Shown here in pieces: positions 61,901 to 64,000 of a DNA stretch of 64,000 nt. Source of the DNA: Ophelia neglecta. Taxonomy: Eukaryota. The stretch is taken from assembly GCA_965285935.1 (NCBI GenBank), contig OZ260661.1, forward strand, positions 104,904,001-104,968,000, read 5' to 3'. The notes under the pieces are model-generated. The model was not told the DNA's origin. It saw nothing but the letters and a program-made list of their open reading frames with translations, and did no database searches. How positions within the stretch are numbered: the stretch's first letter is position 1; each line of letters opens with the position of its first letter. The translations under genes and the position numbers were made by a program.

Positions 61901-64000
61901 TTGCATTCTGGTATTTGCTTTAACTGGTATACCTACTACTTTTTTTCTCATCTGCTGAGGGAGAACGAAGTGTTGCTGGTTCCACAACAACAAACAAACT
62001 ATCAATTTTTATATGTGAAAGCTTTGCTGCTATCAATTTGAATTACTACCCGTTACTTACTCTGTGAGATCATCCAGTATTCTAACATTGCAAAAGTGTT
62101 AAGTAGCAAAATAAAAATAATTGTTAGTTGTGGCATTTTATAACCAAAATTTGAAGTTACCCATAATTGAAACAGTTTAATCAAAAGCAAGAATTAGCAT
62201 AATAAATATAATTATCCTGAACCAAAGCAGACTAAAATGGAAAATCCTAAAGCCATTTCAGCTACAGCATAAAGGGCAATAAGAATGTATGATCTTCAGA
62301 TGGAGAGTACACACTACCCAGTATGTATGCCAGGATGTTTTTGGAGACAGATATCACAGGTACAAATTTACTTTTTATGAATACATGTATTAACAAAGGA
62401 TGAGTACTTGCATACATTGCCAGTGGATGAAAACATATTTTATTATTACATGTGTGACTAATATTAAATCAGTACAAATATAATAAGAGAACTGTATTGA
62501 ATAAACAAACAATGGCTATCATTATATAAGTTTTTTTAAACAAATCATTACATTTTTTAGTTGTATTAATGAAAATCAACATTAACCATGGCTATTCATA
62601 TACATACATGTATATATGTTACCGTATATGGGTATACAACAATTAATTGCTTGTCACTATATAAGGATAGCAATGAAATGATTACCGGTAATTAAGAATT
62701 AGCCAGGGATTATTAGCACTGAAAATGGATAATTATTGACTTTAGCAACTCATGTTTTCCAGACATTTGGAAAAATTATTTTCTAGTAAAACAGTCAATG
62801 AATTTTGCTGTCAAATCATTCTTTGAAGTGTTCATTTGTTAGATAGTGATGATAGAAGGGCAGACAATACGAGAGAGATGATCGCTAAAAAGCACACCAA
62901 TGGCTTCTATAATAATGGGGGTCTAAATTCAACCAAAGGTTATGTTATTACTAACTGTGGGCATGTAAATTATTAATGACTTTGGCGTTGTTATTATTTC
63001 ATGTCTTTGAGTATCATTATAGGTTATTATTATCAGTTACTAGGGCATTACCAGTAGTATAACTTCATTTTGTATAGACGGAAAAAAATTCCTGTCTACC
63101 ATGCTCTCATGGAAGATAGATAGGCATTTTTTCCCATCTTTATATATGTGGTGCCTCTTGTCTACTTTATCTATTAATAATAAGGGCAATTTCTTTCTCA
63201 CTCATAGTGTACCTCCATGAATGATTCTCAGACCTCCATAGTCTTAAGCACCCCCAAAAAGCTTCACATTGGGCAACCAAATGTAAGATTCAAAACTATT
63301 CAACCTTTTTTTTTGCAAAGTCAATCAAACTAAAACCAGTCAATATGCTACAATGTATTCATAATACATTTAAGCCTCCTATCTAATATAAAGGAGCAGT
63401 AAATGCCTAATTTAAAATAAAACAGGTACAACTAACTACCATTTTGGTCACTTTCTTTTACCGACTTTGCTTTACAGCATTCAGTAAGCAGTCAATCATT
63501 GTTTCCTACAACCACTTTCACAATTTGATTTTTTTAAACAGGCGTTGACTTTTCAAATCTTTTGGAATTCTGTGAAAATATACTGGCAGTAGATATGTTT
63601 CTTTTGTATCCATCCCAATAACATAGGGGGAATAGGATTATAGGAGCCACATTGACAAAACTAAAAAAGAAACTTATACTATTACAAGAGTATGGTGCAT
63701 AACTTACCTTGCTTTTACTTCCAACTCCTTTGCCTTTTCTTCTTCTTTCTGAATTGAATTGTTTAGTTTGTCTATCTGCTCTTTCAATATTTCTGTTTCT
63801 TTCTCCCTAGAAAATATATTTCGCTACAAATAAACAAATGCACACTGACCTAAAATGCAAATGGATTTTCTTTTCCAATGTCACGAGAAATATTCACAAT
63901 TTATTTAGTACAAGGACATAGGGACTCACATCTTTTTCTTTGTATTTTTGATAATTTGCTTCATTTCTTCGAGAGCTTCTTCTGTTTCTTGGCTGTTTTG
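55994..64000 (-). CDS. CFAP100: Cilia- and flagella-associated protein 100 (CCDC37), 3' exons; the gene extends beyond the right edge
   Basis: Minus-strand exons >64000-63930, 63806-63708, 60735-60619, 57119-57023, 56500-56381 and 56110-55994 join to ...LNRKVEDVYRSCIGDNEANISTLQMLTNIENRLEELFE...AKEKERRLKKREE...KKTGRKLVARSEPP...EEEELAYFFTP*, matching the recalled CCDC37 C-terminus. Confidence 0.88.

Overview
This is AT-rich, intron-rich eukaryotic DNA, most likely from a marine invertebrate (inferred from the gene and transposon repertoire); it is not prokaryotic. Five host genes can be rebuilt from GT-AG exons. (1) The 5' part of YLPM1 (minus strand, runs off the left edge). (2) Head-to-head with it, a crotonase/enoyl-CoA hydratase-family gene whose single first exon is followed by two tandem, intact copies of a large terminal exon; only the second copy ends in the peroxisomal signal -SKL. 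(3) A six-exon peroxiredoxin-5-like gene with a non-canonical active site (LGAYNPGC instead of PxxxTxxC). (4) A 15-exon SLC5A8/SLC5A6-like sodium:solute symporter, preceded by a decayed tandem paralogue. (5) The 3' part of CFAP100/CCDC37 (minus strand, runs off the right edge). A near full-length ~6 kb LINE (APE + RT, RTE-X-like, (CATTGT)5 tail) lies between genes 3 and 4. Its ORF1 and ORF2 are in one frame, separated by a single TAG in the TMV-type readthrough context TAG-CAA-TCA, and ORF2 has no usable AUG. Introns and spacers hold many non-autonomous DNA transposons (Kolobok-like, Harbinger-derived, TA-MITE, one nested insertion), Penelope relics including a decayed hammerhead motif, and LINE fragments. 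All calls were made by eye and from recalled family motifs; no searches were run.
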